DNA of 64,000 bases from Deltaproteobacteria bacterium. GTDB lineage: Bacteria; Desulfobacterota; Deferrimicrobia; Deferrimicrobiales; Deferrimicrobiaceae. Of this stretch, positions 45,371 to 54,424 are shown piece after piece. The position numbers and the translations under genes were made by a program. The notes under the pieces are model-generated. The model was not told the DNA's origin, did not search any database, and was given only the letters and a program-made list of their open reading frames with translations. Each line of letters opens with the position of its first letter. The first letter of the stretch is position 1. The DNA is taken from the NCBI GenBank assembly GCA_016218975.1, contig JACRCO010000053.1, forward strand, positions 15,523-79,522, given 5' to 3'.

Positions 45371-46759
45371 CTATTCCAACCCGAATTTCTTTATCTGGTA
45401 CCTCAGCGACTGATACGTGACGTTCAGGAGTTTCGCCGCCACCGACTTGTTCTGCCTGCTTCTGTCCAGCGCCTGCACGATGAAATCCCTTTCCACGTCA
45501 TCGAGCGAGATTCCCGATTCGGGCAGCAGGAACCGCACTTCGTTTCCGCTTTCCGGTGACGGCAGCGTGCGAACCATCTCCTTCGGCAGGTGTTCCGGCC
45601 GGATCGTATCCGCATTCTCCAGCACGACGAGCCTTTCGATCACGTTTTTCAATTCCCTGACGTTTCCGGGCCACCGGTAGGTCGTCAGCATTTTCGCGGC
45701 CTCCGGGGAAAATCCTTCCACGTTGCACTTGTTATATCTTTTACGGAAGTAGGAAAGGAAATGCTCCGCAAGGACGGGAATATCCTCCCTACGCTCCCTC
45801 AACGGAGGGATGTTGATGGAAAACGCGTTGAGCCGGTAATAGAGATCCATGCGGAAATCGCCCGTTTCGATCCCCTTCACCAGGTCCCGGTTCGTCGTGG
45901 CGATGACGGCGACGTCGACCGGGATCTCCGACCCGCCCCCGATCCTGCGCACCGCTTTCCGCTCCACGATCCGCAACAGCTTCGTCTGGCAGTTCTGCTT
46001 CATGTCGCCGATCTCGTCGAGAAGAATCGTCCCCTTGTTCGCCATTTCAAAGACGCCTTTTTTATCCGCCTTCGCGTCGGTGAAGGCGCCCTTTTCGTAC
46101 CCGAAGAGCTCGCTCTCCAGGAGAGATTCCGGCAGGGCGGTGCAGTTGACGGGGATGAAAGGCGCCCGCCGGGATGCTTCCTCCCCGTGGATCGACCGGT
46201 GGAGGAACCTCGCGATCACTTCCTTCCCCGTGCCGCTTTCCCCGGTGATAAGCAGCGTGGAAACACGCGCCTGCACCATCTTCCGGATCTTTTCCCGGAT
46301 CTCGCCCGCGGCATCGGAAGCGCCTATGAACTCCGCTTCCGAAAGGTCCGAATGGACAAGCCGGAGGGACTGGACCTCCCGCTCGAGCCGGTCTTTCTCG
46401 AAAACCTTGTCGATGACGATTCCGACCTCTTCGAGGTTGAACGGCTTGGTCAGGTAGTCCACGGCGCCCAGTTTCATCGCCTTGATCGCCGTTTCGGCGG
46501 TGTCGTCCGAGGTAAGCATGATCACCTTCGTATCGATCCGGCTGGCGGTGATTTCCTGGAGGATCTCGATGCCGTTCTTCACGGGCAGCTTTATGTCCAG
46601 GAGGACGATGTCGGGAAGGAACGAGTTGACCAGCCCGAGGACGTCATCGCATTTCGTGTCGGGTTGGATCTCGTATCCCTGCTTCCTGAACCATCTCGAC
46701 AGCGTGGCGACGATCAGCGGATCGTCGTCGACGAGCATTATCTTTCCTCTCGCCGTCAT
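45371..46759 (-). CDS. Sigma-54-dependent response regulator (NtrC family), paralog of the 22991..24379 gene
   Basis: Receiver (IMLVDDDPLIV), AAA+ (GESGTGKE, ESELFGYEKGAFTDA), C-terminal HTH. Confidence 0.9.
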   Translation of the reverse strand: MTARGKIMLVDDDPLIVATLSRWFRKQGYEIQPDTKCDDVLGLVNSFLPDIVLLDIKLPVKNGIEILQEITASRIDTKVIMLTSDDTAETAIKAMKLGAVDYLTKPFNLEEVGIVIDKVFEKDRLEREVQSLRLVHSDLSEAEFIGASDAAGEIREKIRKMVQARVSTLLITGESGTGKEVIARFLHRSIHGEEASRRAPFIPVNCTALPESLLESELFGYEKGAFTDAKADKKGVFEMANKGTILLDEIGDMKQNCQTKLLRIVERKAVRRIGGGSEIPVDVAVIATTNRDLVKGIETGDFRMDLYYRLNAFSINIPPLRERREDIPVLAEHFLSYFRKRYNKCNVEGFSPEAAKMLTTYRWPGNVRELKNVIERLVVLENADTIRPEHLPKEMVRTLPSPESGNEVRFLLPESGISLDDVERDFIVQALDRSRQNKSVAAKLLNVTYQSLRYQIKKFGLE

Positions 46760-48216
46760 CCCGGTTTCCCTTCTTCCTCCACCGTTTTTCGCGGAAGAAC
46801 GATCCGGACAAGGATGCCCCCCGCCGGATTGTTCCCCACGGTGATATCGCCGCCGTGCTGCCCGATGAGCTGCCTGCAGATCGCGAGTCCAAGACCGGTC
46901 CCCTTCGATTTCGTGGTGAAGAAGGGCTGGAAAATCTTGCAGATCATGTCCGGGTCGATTCCCTTGCCCGTGTCCGTGATGTCGATCAGGATGGAATCGC
47001 CGGAGACGTCGTAGTGGGTTCCCACGGCGAACATGCCCCCGCCCGGCATGGCGTCGATGGAATTCAGGAGCAGGTTCAGGAAGACCTGCTGGAGCTGGAC
47101 CGGGTCGGCCATCGTCAAGGGAATCCGGTCGTCAAGGTCCTTGACGATCCGGATGCCGTTTTGCCCTTCGGGGGAAGAACGGTTGGATTTCAGGTAGAAA
47201 TCTATCGTCGTGGCGATGATTTCGTTCAGATCGACGCTCTCCCACTGCGGCTTGGGAGGCTTGGCGAAGTTGAGGAAATTCTTCATCAGGGTTTCGAGCC
47301 TGCCCACTTCGTCGACGATCTGCGAAAAGAGGATCCGGTCCTCGTTCCGCAGCGTCAGTTCCTCGGAGAGCAGGTTCACCGCCGCCTTGATCCCGGCGAG
47401 CGGGTTCTTCACCTCGTGCCCCAATCCCGCCGCCAATTCCCCGACAACCGCCATCTGTTCCGTCCGCTGCATCTGGAGCATCTGCTCCTTGAGGGATCTC
47501 GCCATTTTGTTGAAGGAAGCAGACACCTCCCCGAACTCGTCCTTCAGTCCCTCGATCCGGTAATCGAGATCGCCGCTCTCCAGTCTCCGCGTGGCGGTGA
47601 GAAGCTCGTTCATGGGGCGCGCCAGTCCCCGTATGGACACATACGCGAAGATGACCGAGAAGACGGGTCCCGCCGCGATAAGGACGAAGAGCATCGTCTT
47701 CATCAGCGCAATCTGGCGGAACGCCACCTGGGTGTTCGACGAAAGGTTCCTGCTCGTCAGGGCGACTATGCTGTTCACCTTTTCGATCAGCCCCTGCCCC
47801 GTTACGATGGCGCGGTCCTTCTCGGTCTCCAGCCGGTCGCTCCCTGCGCCGAGCGTCAACACGCGGCTTAAGGCATCCTTGTAATTCTCCGTCATGCGCT
47901 TCAGGTCGTTCAGGTTTTCCAACACCTCGGGCGAGTGGTGGCACGTGAAACACTTGTCGGCCACTTTCCCCATGTGAATGCTGTGGGTCACGATGGTATC
48001 GACGCTGCTGGCGTACCGCGTTCCGCTCAAGGTGAGGTCGGACTGCACGCCCTTGATATGGATCAGCAGGTGTTCCCGGAGAATTTCGACCTGGTGCAGC
48101 TTGATGAGCTTGTCGAGCTTCGAAGTCGCCCGTTCGACGGTGACGATGATGTAGATTCCGCAAAGCGTGAACAGGAAACAGATTACACCCAGGGCGATGA
48201 TGATCTTCTTTTTCAT
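46756..48216 (-). CDS. Sensor histidine kinase with CxxCH in the periplasmic loop, paralog of the 24376..25830 gene
   Basis: N-terminal MKKKIIIALGVICFLFTLCGIYII. Periplasmic KVADKCFTCHHS (about 47938..47952). H-box LAAGLGHEVKNPL, HATPase G-boxes. Confidence 0.85.
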   Translation of the reverse strand: MKKKIIIALGVICFLFTLCGIYIIVTVERATSKLDKLIKLHQVEILREHLLIHIKGVQSDLTLSGTRYASSVDTIVTHSIHMGKVADKCFTCHHSPEVLENLNDLKRMTENYKDALSRVLTLGAGSDRLETEKDRAIVTGQGLIEKVNSIVALTSRNLSSNTQVAFRQIALMKTMLFVLIAAGPVFSVIFAYVSIRGLARPMNELLTATRRLESGDLDYRIEGLKDEFGEVSASFNKMARSLKEQMLQMQRTEQMAVVGELAAGLGHEVKNPLAGIKAAVNLLSEELTLRNEDRILFSQIVDEVGRLETLMKNFLNFAKPPKPQWESVDLNEIIATTIDFYLKSNRSSPEGQNGIRIVKDLDDRIPLTMADPVQLQQVFLNLLLNSIDAMPGGGMFAVGTHYDVSGDSILIDITDTGKGIDPDMICKIFQPFFTTKSKGTGLGLAICRQLIGQHGGDITVGNNPAGGILVRIVLPRKTVEEEGKPG

Positions 48217-49194
48217 CTACTCGTTCGAAAACCGGTAGGTGGCAAGGTCGATTCCGAGTTCCCTGGTATAGGACAGCACCGGCTCGTAGTCGGCATCGGT
48301 CGTCCTGATGAAACTCCGCGCCCCGAACGCCTTCAATACTTTCGCTCCTTCCGGGTCCGCATGCATGGTGACCAGCGCCTCCGAAATCTTCCGTTTCACC
48401 GCATCCTCGAGGGTTTTCCGCAACGCCAGGCCGTTTTCGGGCACATCCGCCGATCTCGCCAGGATCGTGAGCTCGCGGCCGATCCGGGGGTCCTCCGCGG
48501 CAAGCCTTTTGAAAACCGTGTTTTTCGCGGCGCCGATATCCGCCGCGTTTTCGAGCACGTCCCGCACCGTGCCTTCGTGCGTACCCGTAAAGTGCACGTC
48601 GCCGAAATAGGAGTCGATGTTCCCGACCCCGGCCCTTTTCATATGGATCAAGGGGAACAGGTACCCCGCGGTGGTCGCCCTGGCCACCAGCGCGAGCCGC
48701 TTCCCCTTCATCCGGCCGACCGTCCTGATTCCGCTGTTTTTCCGGACGAAGATGACCCCATGATACGTCGATGTCCCGTCCGGCTCTTCTGGCCTGGCGA
48801 GGACCTCGACGCCGAGTTTCGCCTTGGCCAACGAATAGCCGAAACTTCCGAAGAAAGCGCCGTCGAGTTTCAGGGCCTCGAAGTTGTCTATTACATTCCC
48901 GTAGTAGGTCAGCACCTTCAATTTGATCCGGACCCCCGCTTTCTTCGACAGGTAGTCGGCGAGGGGCTCGTACCGCTCGATCTGCTTGAAGATGTTCTGT
49001 TCGGGGATAAGGCCGATGAGAAGAGTGGTTTCCGGAGGCGGCTGCTCGGCCGTTTCCCGGTCTCTCTGCCCGCAGCCCGTAAAAAAAGCGAAGAAGAGAA
49101 AAAGGAATGCCAGGAAACGGGGGAACGCCCGGCGAACCCGGGTTTCGCTCAGAAGGCTTTCCGGAACGCTTTCGAGCCCCCCATACGATGGCAC
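48217..49194 (-). CDS. PhnD/SsuA-like periplasmic substrate-binding lipoprotein (start uncertain)
   Basis: The C-terminal ~300 aa of the 792-aa track ORF matches the PhnD-like paralogs (LIGLIPEQNIFKQIERYEPLADYL...). Lipoprotein N-terminus RRAFPRFLAFLFLFFAFFTGCGQ has no in-frame ATG. The nearest candidate is GTG 49194, which overlaps the upstream gene by ~45 nt. Confidence 0.65.
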   Translation of the reverse strand: MPSYGGLESVPESLLSETRVRRAFPRFLAFLFLFFAFFTGCGQRDRETAEQPPPETTLLIGLIPEQNIFKQIERYEPLADYLSKKAGVRIKLKVLTYYGNVIDNFEALKLDGAFFGSFGYSLAKAKLGVEVLARPEEPDGTSTYHGVIFVRKNSGIRTVGRMKGKRLALVARATTAGYLFPLIHMKRAGVGNIDSYFGDVHFTGTHEGTVRDVLENAADIGAAKNTVFKRLAAEDPRIGRELTILARSADVPENGLALRKTLEDAVKRKISEALVTMHADPEGAKVLKAFGARSFIRTTDADYEPVLSYTRELGIDLATYRFSNE

Positions 49195-50456
49195 TTGCCG
49201 CAGCCGTGCGCCGGGTTGTCTCCCGTCGAAGCGACGCCGGACGGATCCTTCTCTCCGGCGGCAAGAAACGAGCGGGCGCCCGTATCCCAGCGCGTCATGT
49301 TCGCGAAGGGGGATGCATGCGCCTTGTGGCACGTCAGGCAGGATATCCGGTCGCTTCCCGCGATCGTGGCAGGGTCGTTCGCGGACGCAGCGCGGCTTCT
49401 CACGGAAAAATCGGCTTCCGCCTTGACCAGCGGATACTTCCAGTCGTAGCCGGCAGGATTGGGGTTGGCGCCCTGCGAATTTACGACCGCGGCCGCATAC
49501 GAGGCGATCCCGTGCTTCGCCCCCGATTCGCCCATCGGCATGTTGGCCGGGTGCCGGATCCACCCTCCCCCGGCGCGCGTTTTCCCGTTGTCGGAGGATC
49601 GCGTTTCCCCGCTCCCCCCGTGGAAGTCGCCGTGGCAGGCCGAACAGAAGGAGGAAAATCCCCCGCGGTAGACGTTCTTGTTGTCGTCCCCTTCCGTTTT
49701 GGATAGATCCGCACTCTCGAGTTCCTGTCCGTCCTTGCGCCGGTTCAGGTAGGAAGTCCCCTGGATGTCGCCGCGAGAATTGGAAAGGATGGGCTCGAAG
49801 CCCGGCGACGTCGCCCCCAAGGTTCCTCCGGAGCTCTCCACCCCTTTTTCCACGGTTTCGTTCCCGGTATGAACGATCCCGTTGACCCTCCGCTTCAGTT
49901 GCCGCCACGCCGCCACCGTCTCCCCGAACCGGTCGTGGGGATCGTGGCAGCTTACGCAGTCGAAGTTGTTGGCCGAAAAGTTCCCTCCTGGCGCGACGGT
50001 CAGGACCGGATCCGAAGGGATCGATGAGGACTGCGCGCCGCGGGTCTTCCCCGGGCTGTGCCCCTTCCGCGGATCCGTCGAACTCCAGTAGAAATCGCCG
50101 GCGGGAAGGGAGGTTCCGCCCGGCGCGGCGCCGTTGGAAGTCATCACGGCAGGGGCCTTGAATGCGGCATTGCCGGGGGCGAGATGACACTGGAGGCAGA
50201 GGTCCGTCACCGACGGTTTCTTCAGAAGGATAGCGGAAGGGCCGCCGGAGGCCGTCCCCGTGGGCTTCGCCGCACCGTCCTCGCCCGAATGGAGAACGTG
50301 GCAATCGCTGCAAACGAGGCCGTCGGCGGAATGGTAAAGCTTCGTGTTCACGCTCAGGGATATGTCCACGTAGGGGAAGGACGGTGAGGGAAAAACGATT
50401 ATCGACCCGATGGCCAGCGTAAAGAAAATAACGGCAGAAGATTTTGTTCCGATCAC
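49149..50456 (-). CDS. Hexaheme c-type cytochrome, family B paralog (start probably GTG 50456)
   Basis: YHSADGLVCSDCHVLHSG, LPAGDF...KGHSPGK, CVSCHDPHDRFG, CSACHGDFHGG, CLTCHKAHASPFANMTRWDTG, C-terminal GCGKCHRMGG. Signal peptide VIGTKSSAVIFFTLAIGSIIVF after GTG with a GGAGAC RBS. Confidence 0.8.
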   Translation of the reverse strand: MIGTKSSAVIFFTLAIGSIIVFPSPSFPYVDISLSVNTKLYHSADGLVCSDCHVLHSGEDGAAKPTGTASGGPSAILLKKPSVTDLCLQCHLAPGNAAFKAPAVMTSNGAAPGGTSLPAGDFYWSSTDPRKGHSPGKTRGAQSSSIPSDPVLTVAPGGNFSANNFDCVSCHDPHDRFGETVAAWRQLKRRVNGIVHTGNETVEKGVESSGGTLGATSPGFEPILSNSRGDIQGTSYLNRRKDGQELESADLSKTEGDDNKNVYRGGFSSFCSACHGDFHGGSGETRSSDNGKTRAGGGWIRHPANMPMGESGAKHGIASYAAAVVNSQGANPNPAGYDWKYPLVKAEADFSVRSRAASANDPATIAGSDRISCLTCHKAHASPFANMTRWDTGARSFLAAGEKDPSGVASTGDNPAHGCGKCHRMGGSKAFRKAF

Positions 50457-50614
50457 CGTCAGAGTCTCCGCTCGATTCTTCCGAAGGAACCCGTTTGCCG
50501 GGATTCCCGATGGCAACTTTCATTTCGGAAGAAGGAACGGATACCCTTAGCAGCATAACGTCAAGTTTTTGACATATTCGGTAATAAATATTCAATGCAG
50601 GTCCTTGATAGCCG

Positions 50615-50685
50615 GCCGGGGCCCTTAAGCGGCAAAGGGCCCCGGCATCAAATTACCGGGGCCCCCGAGGGGAGGAGAGCCCCGG
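50615..50685 (-). terminator. Two GC-rich stem-loops between the MtrB-like gene and the downstream hexaheme gene
   Basis: gccggggccc-N12-gggccccggc (50615..50646) and ccggggc-N16-gccccgg (50656..50685). No clear U-tract. Possible attenuator or processing site. Confidence 0.35.
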
Positions 50686-50697
50686 CCTCGCTGTCGG

Positions 50698-53172
50698 TTA
50701 GAACTTGTACACCAGGTAGACCTGGCCGACGTGCGCTTCGTAACTCTTGTAAGTCGCGTCGGCGAAGACGAACCTGGTCGAATTCTCGGCCGTCAGCCCC
50801 GCCATGTAGGGCTGCAGGTTGTCCCAGGCGAAATCGTCGAGCTTGTACCACTCGAACAGGTAGCCGACCCCAACCGTCACGTTGCTGAACCACTTGTAGG
50901 CAAGGTTGGCCTTGACCTCGTGCAGCCGGTTGACCACGGAGGGCCAGGGCTGCGCCACCGCGTTGGAGAGCTTTGCGCCGTTGGTGAACCCGTTGGCGAT
51001 AGCCAGGTCCCTGTTGGGGTTGAAGGTGTTGTAGTCCGCTTTGCTGTAAGACAGGTTGTAAGAGGTATCGAGCGTCAGCTTGTTGGGTACGAGCTGCAGC
51101 TTGGCGCCCAAACCCACCGTGTCCGTCGTTTCCTTGATGTCGGTGCTCCAGTAGTTCAGAGGGTTGAAGTTTCCGAAAAGCGTCGTCTCGTTGTCCGTTG
51201 TGGAGGCGATGTCGAAGGAGTCGTCCTTGGCGGCCGAGTCCATCCTGCTCTTCCGGTACTCTCGCAGGTAGCTGAGGATGAGGGAGACCCTCTCGGTTGG
51301 CGTGTAAGTTACATCCAGGCCGCCCCCGGCGTTCTCGACCTTCTTGAGTCCGAACCGGCTGTCCTGGGCCAACTTGTCCCGTAAATACAGGCCGTGGATA
51401 CCGAGAGAAAGGATATCCGACGGGTCGTATGAGAACCTTGCATCTGCCTTGTGGCGCACGCGGTCGGCCCAATCGTAATTCCTCAAGCCCACCGCCTCGG
51501 GGTTTTCCGCCCTGTCGCCCGCCTTGTAACCGTCGACGGTCCGCTTCGCATATTTGTAGGCGGCCTTCAGGTTCGCGGTTTTCGTCGGCTTGTAAAGGAA
51601 GCCGGCGCCGGCGCTCCATTCCGTGGTGGAGTCGATCCGGAGCTTCTCCCGTTTCCATCCCTCCCACCCGGCGTCGAACAGGAGTGTCAGCGGCTTCGAA
51701 GCGTGATAGTCGAGGAGCAGGTTTGCGGTCTGCCGGGTGAAGGAGAGCGGCTCGTTGAAAACGGCCGCGTCGGTTGTGCTGGTGTCGTTTTTGATCAACC
51801 GCCAGTAGGATTCGCCGAATCCGGCATAGCCGGGGAACCGGATCTCGCTCGAATCGTTGTTGTAATCGTAGAAGCGGTACTTAAGCGTCGCCTTGAGCGG
51901 TTCGATCGGCCTGCCGGTGATCTTGAAGCTCCCTGCAAGCGTCTTTACATCGCCGTCCAGGTTCGACTTGGGAAGGCTCCCTGCGTTCGTCACATCGAAG
52001 GTGGGGGATGCTCCAGGGGCGCCGGAGAAGGTCAGGTTGTTCAGGGCGCTGTTCAACGAGTAGGGAACGAACGGGCTGTCCTGCGTGATCCATCCGTAAC
52101 TGACGGTGCCGGAAAACCTGCCGCGGTACGGCAGGTCCGCCCCCCCCGACACGGTGAAGTCGTGCGACTTGCTGTCGGGCGGAAGGGAAAGCTGGCCGCG
52201 TGCGAACCGGCCGCGTTCGAAACCGTTGTCACCGGCCGCGGCCGAAGCGCCTGCCGAGCTCGTCGCGGTGTTGTCGGAGATACGGAACGGGTTGTCCCAG
52301 ATCAGCGCGCCATTGCCGTTGTTGAAATCGGTAAACGTGTATTCGAGGTCCGCCAGCCAGCTTTTCTTGTAGATCCCCGCTCCGACCGAAACGGAGGTCG
52401 TGCGGTAGTCGATCGGCTCCGCAAGGTCGGCCCCGCTCACCACGAACAGGTCGGCGGTGTGCGCAAGCCCGCTTCCCTGGGCGTAGCGTTCGTACGTCCC
52501 GGCCGTGATCACCCTGGCGCCGGTCCGCTTTTCGTTCGTCACCTTGGCCCAGGTTTTGACGTCCTGGGAAATGTTCAGTTCGAGCGAGAAGCCGGCCTTC
52601 TCACGCTTGAGCTTGAACGTGAACGGATTGGCTTCCGAATAAAGTCCCCTGACGATCGACTGGGCAAGCGCGTCCTCACCGGTGGTATCGGTGATAACGT
52701 TCCCGCGCTCCACGCGCGTTTGTTCCACCGCCTGGAGGGCGCTCTGGACGTTATCGGGAATGGAGAGCCGGTTGGTCCCTGCGCCGTTGAACAGGAGCGT
52801 GCCGCCGCTGAAGTTGTGGGGTATGGTGTCGAAGTAGATGTTGTACTTGAACTTGCCGTGCTTCCCGCCCGTCACGCTGTAGTATTCGTTTTCCTGCGCG
52901 GGATTCTTGATCTTCACGTCGAGGAAGTACCCCGCGTCTCGCTCCATCTTGAACGCGGCATCGTTGAACAGGAAGCCGTTCTTCACGTCGCGGTACTCCT
53001 CGAACTTCTCGTCGGAGCCCCTGACGTTCTTCTGCTGCACGGCGGCGTCGACCTGCCCGGAGGTCTCCCCGATCCAGGCGCCGAACTGCTGCTGGGCTTG
53101 CGCCGTTCCGGCGTACAGCGCGAGCGACAGGAGCAGGGCGGCCGCCGCGCATGCGATTTTTCCGCGAATCAT
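50698..53172 (-). CDS. MtrB/PioB-family outer-membrane porin candidate (decaheme-associated beta-barrel), about 825 aa
   Basis: ORF trimmed to ATG 53172 (GGAGGAA RBS; MIRGKIACAAAALLLSLALYAGTAQA). Ends YLVYKF. Gly/Tyr/Asp-rich barrel-like repeats. Immediately downstream of an MtrA/DmsE-family decaheme gene; size close to PioB/MtoB. Confidence 0.7.
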   Translation of the reverse strand: MIRGKIACAAAALLLSLALYAGTAQAQQQFGAWIGETSGQVDAAVQQKNVRGSDEKFEEYRDVKNGFLFNDAAFKMERDAGYFLDVKIKNPAQENEYYSVTGGKHGKFKYNIYFDTIPHNFSGGTLLFNGAGTNRLSIPDNVQSALQAVEQTRVERGNVITDTTGEDALAQSIVRGLYSEANPFTFKLKREKAGFSLELNISQDVKTWAKVTNEKRTGARVITAGTYERYAQGSGLAHTADLFVVSGADLAEPIDYRTTSVSVGAGIYKKSWLADLEYTFTDFNNGNGALIWDNPFRISDNTATSSAGASAAAGDNGFERGRFARGQLSLPPDSKSHDFTVSGGADLPYRGRFSGTVSYGWITQDSPFVPYSLNSALNNLTFSGAPGASPTFDVTNAGSLPKSNLDGDVKTLAGSFKITGRPIEPLKATLKYRFYDYNNDSSEIRFPGYAGFGESYWRLIKNDTSTTDAAVFNEPLSFTRQTANLLLDYHASKPLTLLFDAGWEGWKREKLRIDSTTEWSAGAGFLYKPTKTANLKAAYKYAKRTVDGYKAGDRAENPEAVGLRNYDWADRVRHKADARFSYDPSDILSLGIHGLYLRDKLAQDSRFGLKKVENAGGGLDVTYTPTERVSLILSYLREYRKSRMDSAAKDDSFDIASTTDNETTLFGNFNPLNYWSTDIKETTDTVGLGAKLQLVPNKLTLDTSYNLSYSKADYNTFNPNRDLAIANGFTNGAKLSNAVAQPWPSVVNRLHEVKANLAYKWFSNVTVGVGYLFEWYKLDDFAWDNLQPYMAGLTAENSTRFVFADATYKSYEAHVGQVYLVYKF

Positions 53173-53210
53173 CTGCCGTTCCTCCGTGGAATGTATATTC
53201 GTCATGTTCG

Positions 53211-54116
53211 TCACCTCTGCAGGACCGGTCCGGACGGGTTGTTGGACCCGTGGATCATCGGGTGGCAGTTCAGGCAGGACCTGTTTATGGCGTAGGCGGA
53301 GTTCGTGGAGAGGGTCCCCGTCTGATGCCTTCCCTGCATGTGGCACTGCTGGCAGAGGCGCGGCGCTTTCTGTACCAGCATCTTGTCGAAGGAAGACCCG
53401 TGCGCGGCGTGGCAGGTGAGGCAGTCCTCCTTGACCGGCGAATGTTCCCAGAGAACCGGCGCCTTCTTCTCCGCGTGGCATTCGTAACACTTGTCGTTGA
53501 CGGACTTGGCGTTTATGAGCTTCTCGCTCCTTGCTCCGTGCGGGTTGTGGCATGCGGAGCAGCCCATCTTCCCCTCCTGGGTCGGGGAAGAGGAATCCCG
53601 CATCGGGTGCTTCGACCTCTTAAGCATCGTGGCGCGCACCTCTCCGTGGCAACCGAAGCAGACCTGCTTTTCATCGGCATTGGAAAGAAGGTGCTGCTTC
53701 CCTCCATGCACCTTGTGGCAGGCGACGCAGCCGGCTTCCTGGCTGTCGTGGGCGCTCCCCTTCCAGAACAACTGCACCTTGTCTTTGGAATGGCAGGAAG
53801 CGCAGACCGCCGTGGCGGCTTCCGCCGCGATTTTGGCCGGGTTGACGATTTTGGTCTTGTCCCCCTCTTTCACGTGTTCCGCCGCGGGGCCGTGGCACGA
53901 TTCGCAGCCGCTTATCTTCGCGCCGTAGTACGCGGTCTTAGAGTGGATGTTGGTGCGGAAAGGTCCGACGATCGCTTCATGGCACTCCTTGCATTTCTCG
54001 CTTCCGACGTAGCCGCCGCCGTCCGCGGCGAGCACGAGCATGGCCGCCGCCAGGATCAGAAAGACCGCCAGCGCCGCCACCCGGACGAGCCTTACGGGCT
54101 TAGCCGTTTCTCTCAT
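53211..54116 (-). CDS. MtrA/PioA/DmsE-family periplasmic decaheme cytochrome c
   Basis: ORF trimmed to ATG 54116 (AAGGAGG RBS; MRETAKPVRLVRVAALAVFLILAAAMLVLAA). Exactly 10 CxxCH motifs in about 300 aa, ending ...CQQCHMQGRHQ...CLNCHPMIHGSN as in the MtrA family. Confidence 0.85.
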   Translation of the reverse strand: MRETAKPVRLVRVAALAVFLILAAAMLVLAADGGGYVGSEKCKECHEAIVGPFRTNIHSKTAYYGAKISGCESCHGPAAEHVKEGDKTKIVNPAKIAAEAATAVCASCHSKDKVQLFWKGSAHDSQEAGCVACHKVHGGKQHLLSNADEKQVCFGCHGEVRATMLKRSKHPMRDSSSPTQEGKMGCSACHNPHGARSEKLINAKSVNDKCYECHAEKKAPVLWEHSPVKEDCLTCHAAHGSSFDKMLVQKAPRLCQQCHMQGRHQTGTLSTNSAYAINRSCLNCHPMIHGSNNPSGPVLQR

Positions 54117-54331
54117 CAAACCGAACCTCCTTTGTCTGTGCGTTTCTATCGATCGATCCCGAAAAGCTTCAACTGCTTCCTGAGATGTTGAAAAAAACAA
54201 TTTTGATTTATCCAGAGGGATTCTCAGCAATCGGCATGCCGATTATGGCAGGCGGAAGCGCTGACGAATTTTCAAACTATTATCGAAAGGTTAGGGGGCG
54301 AATGACTGAGACGTCTCACTGCAGGCAAGTT

Positions 54332-54393
54332 GTTGAAGTCAACAATTGTTTCCATAGGGAAACAAAGAGAAGGCCACGTTTCCATATGGAAAC
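54332..54393. promoter_or_regulatory. Three adjacent palindromes upstream of the mtrA-like gene
   Basis: GTTGAagTCAAC (54332..54343), TGTTTCCATAGGGAAACA (54347..54364), and the perfect 16-bp GTTTCCATATGGAAAC (54378..54393). They lie ~215-285 bp upstream of the mtrA-like start and are candidate activator sites. Confidence 0.35.
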
Positions 54394-54424
54394 ATGGCCG
54401 GTCGTATCCGGGAGTAATCCTTCT

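Noticed and set aside
48217-50595. 792-aa minus-strand ORF
   Set aside because: Only the C-terminal ~300 aa is PhnD-like. The N-terminal part overlaps the hexaheme gene 49149..50456 in another frame and has no protein-like composition.
50698-53553. Full 951-aa ORF for the MtrB-like protein
   Set aside because: The N-terminal 127 codons precede the RBS-supported ATG at 53172 with its signal peptide (MIRGKIACAAAALLL). The upstream extension is Arg/Pro-rich and overlaps the end of the mtrA-like gene.
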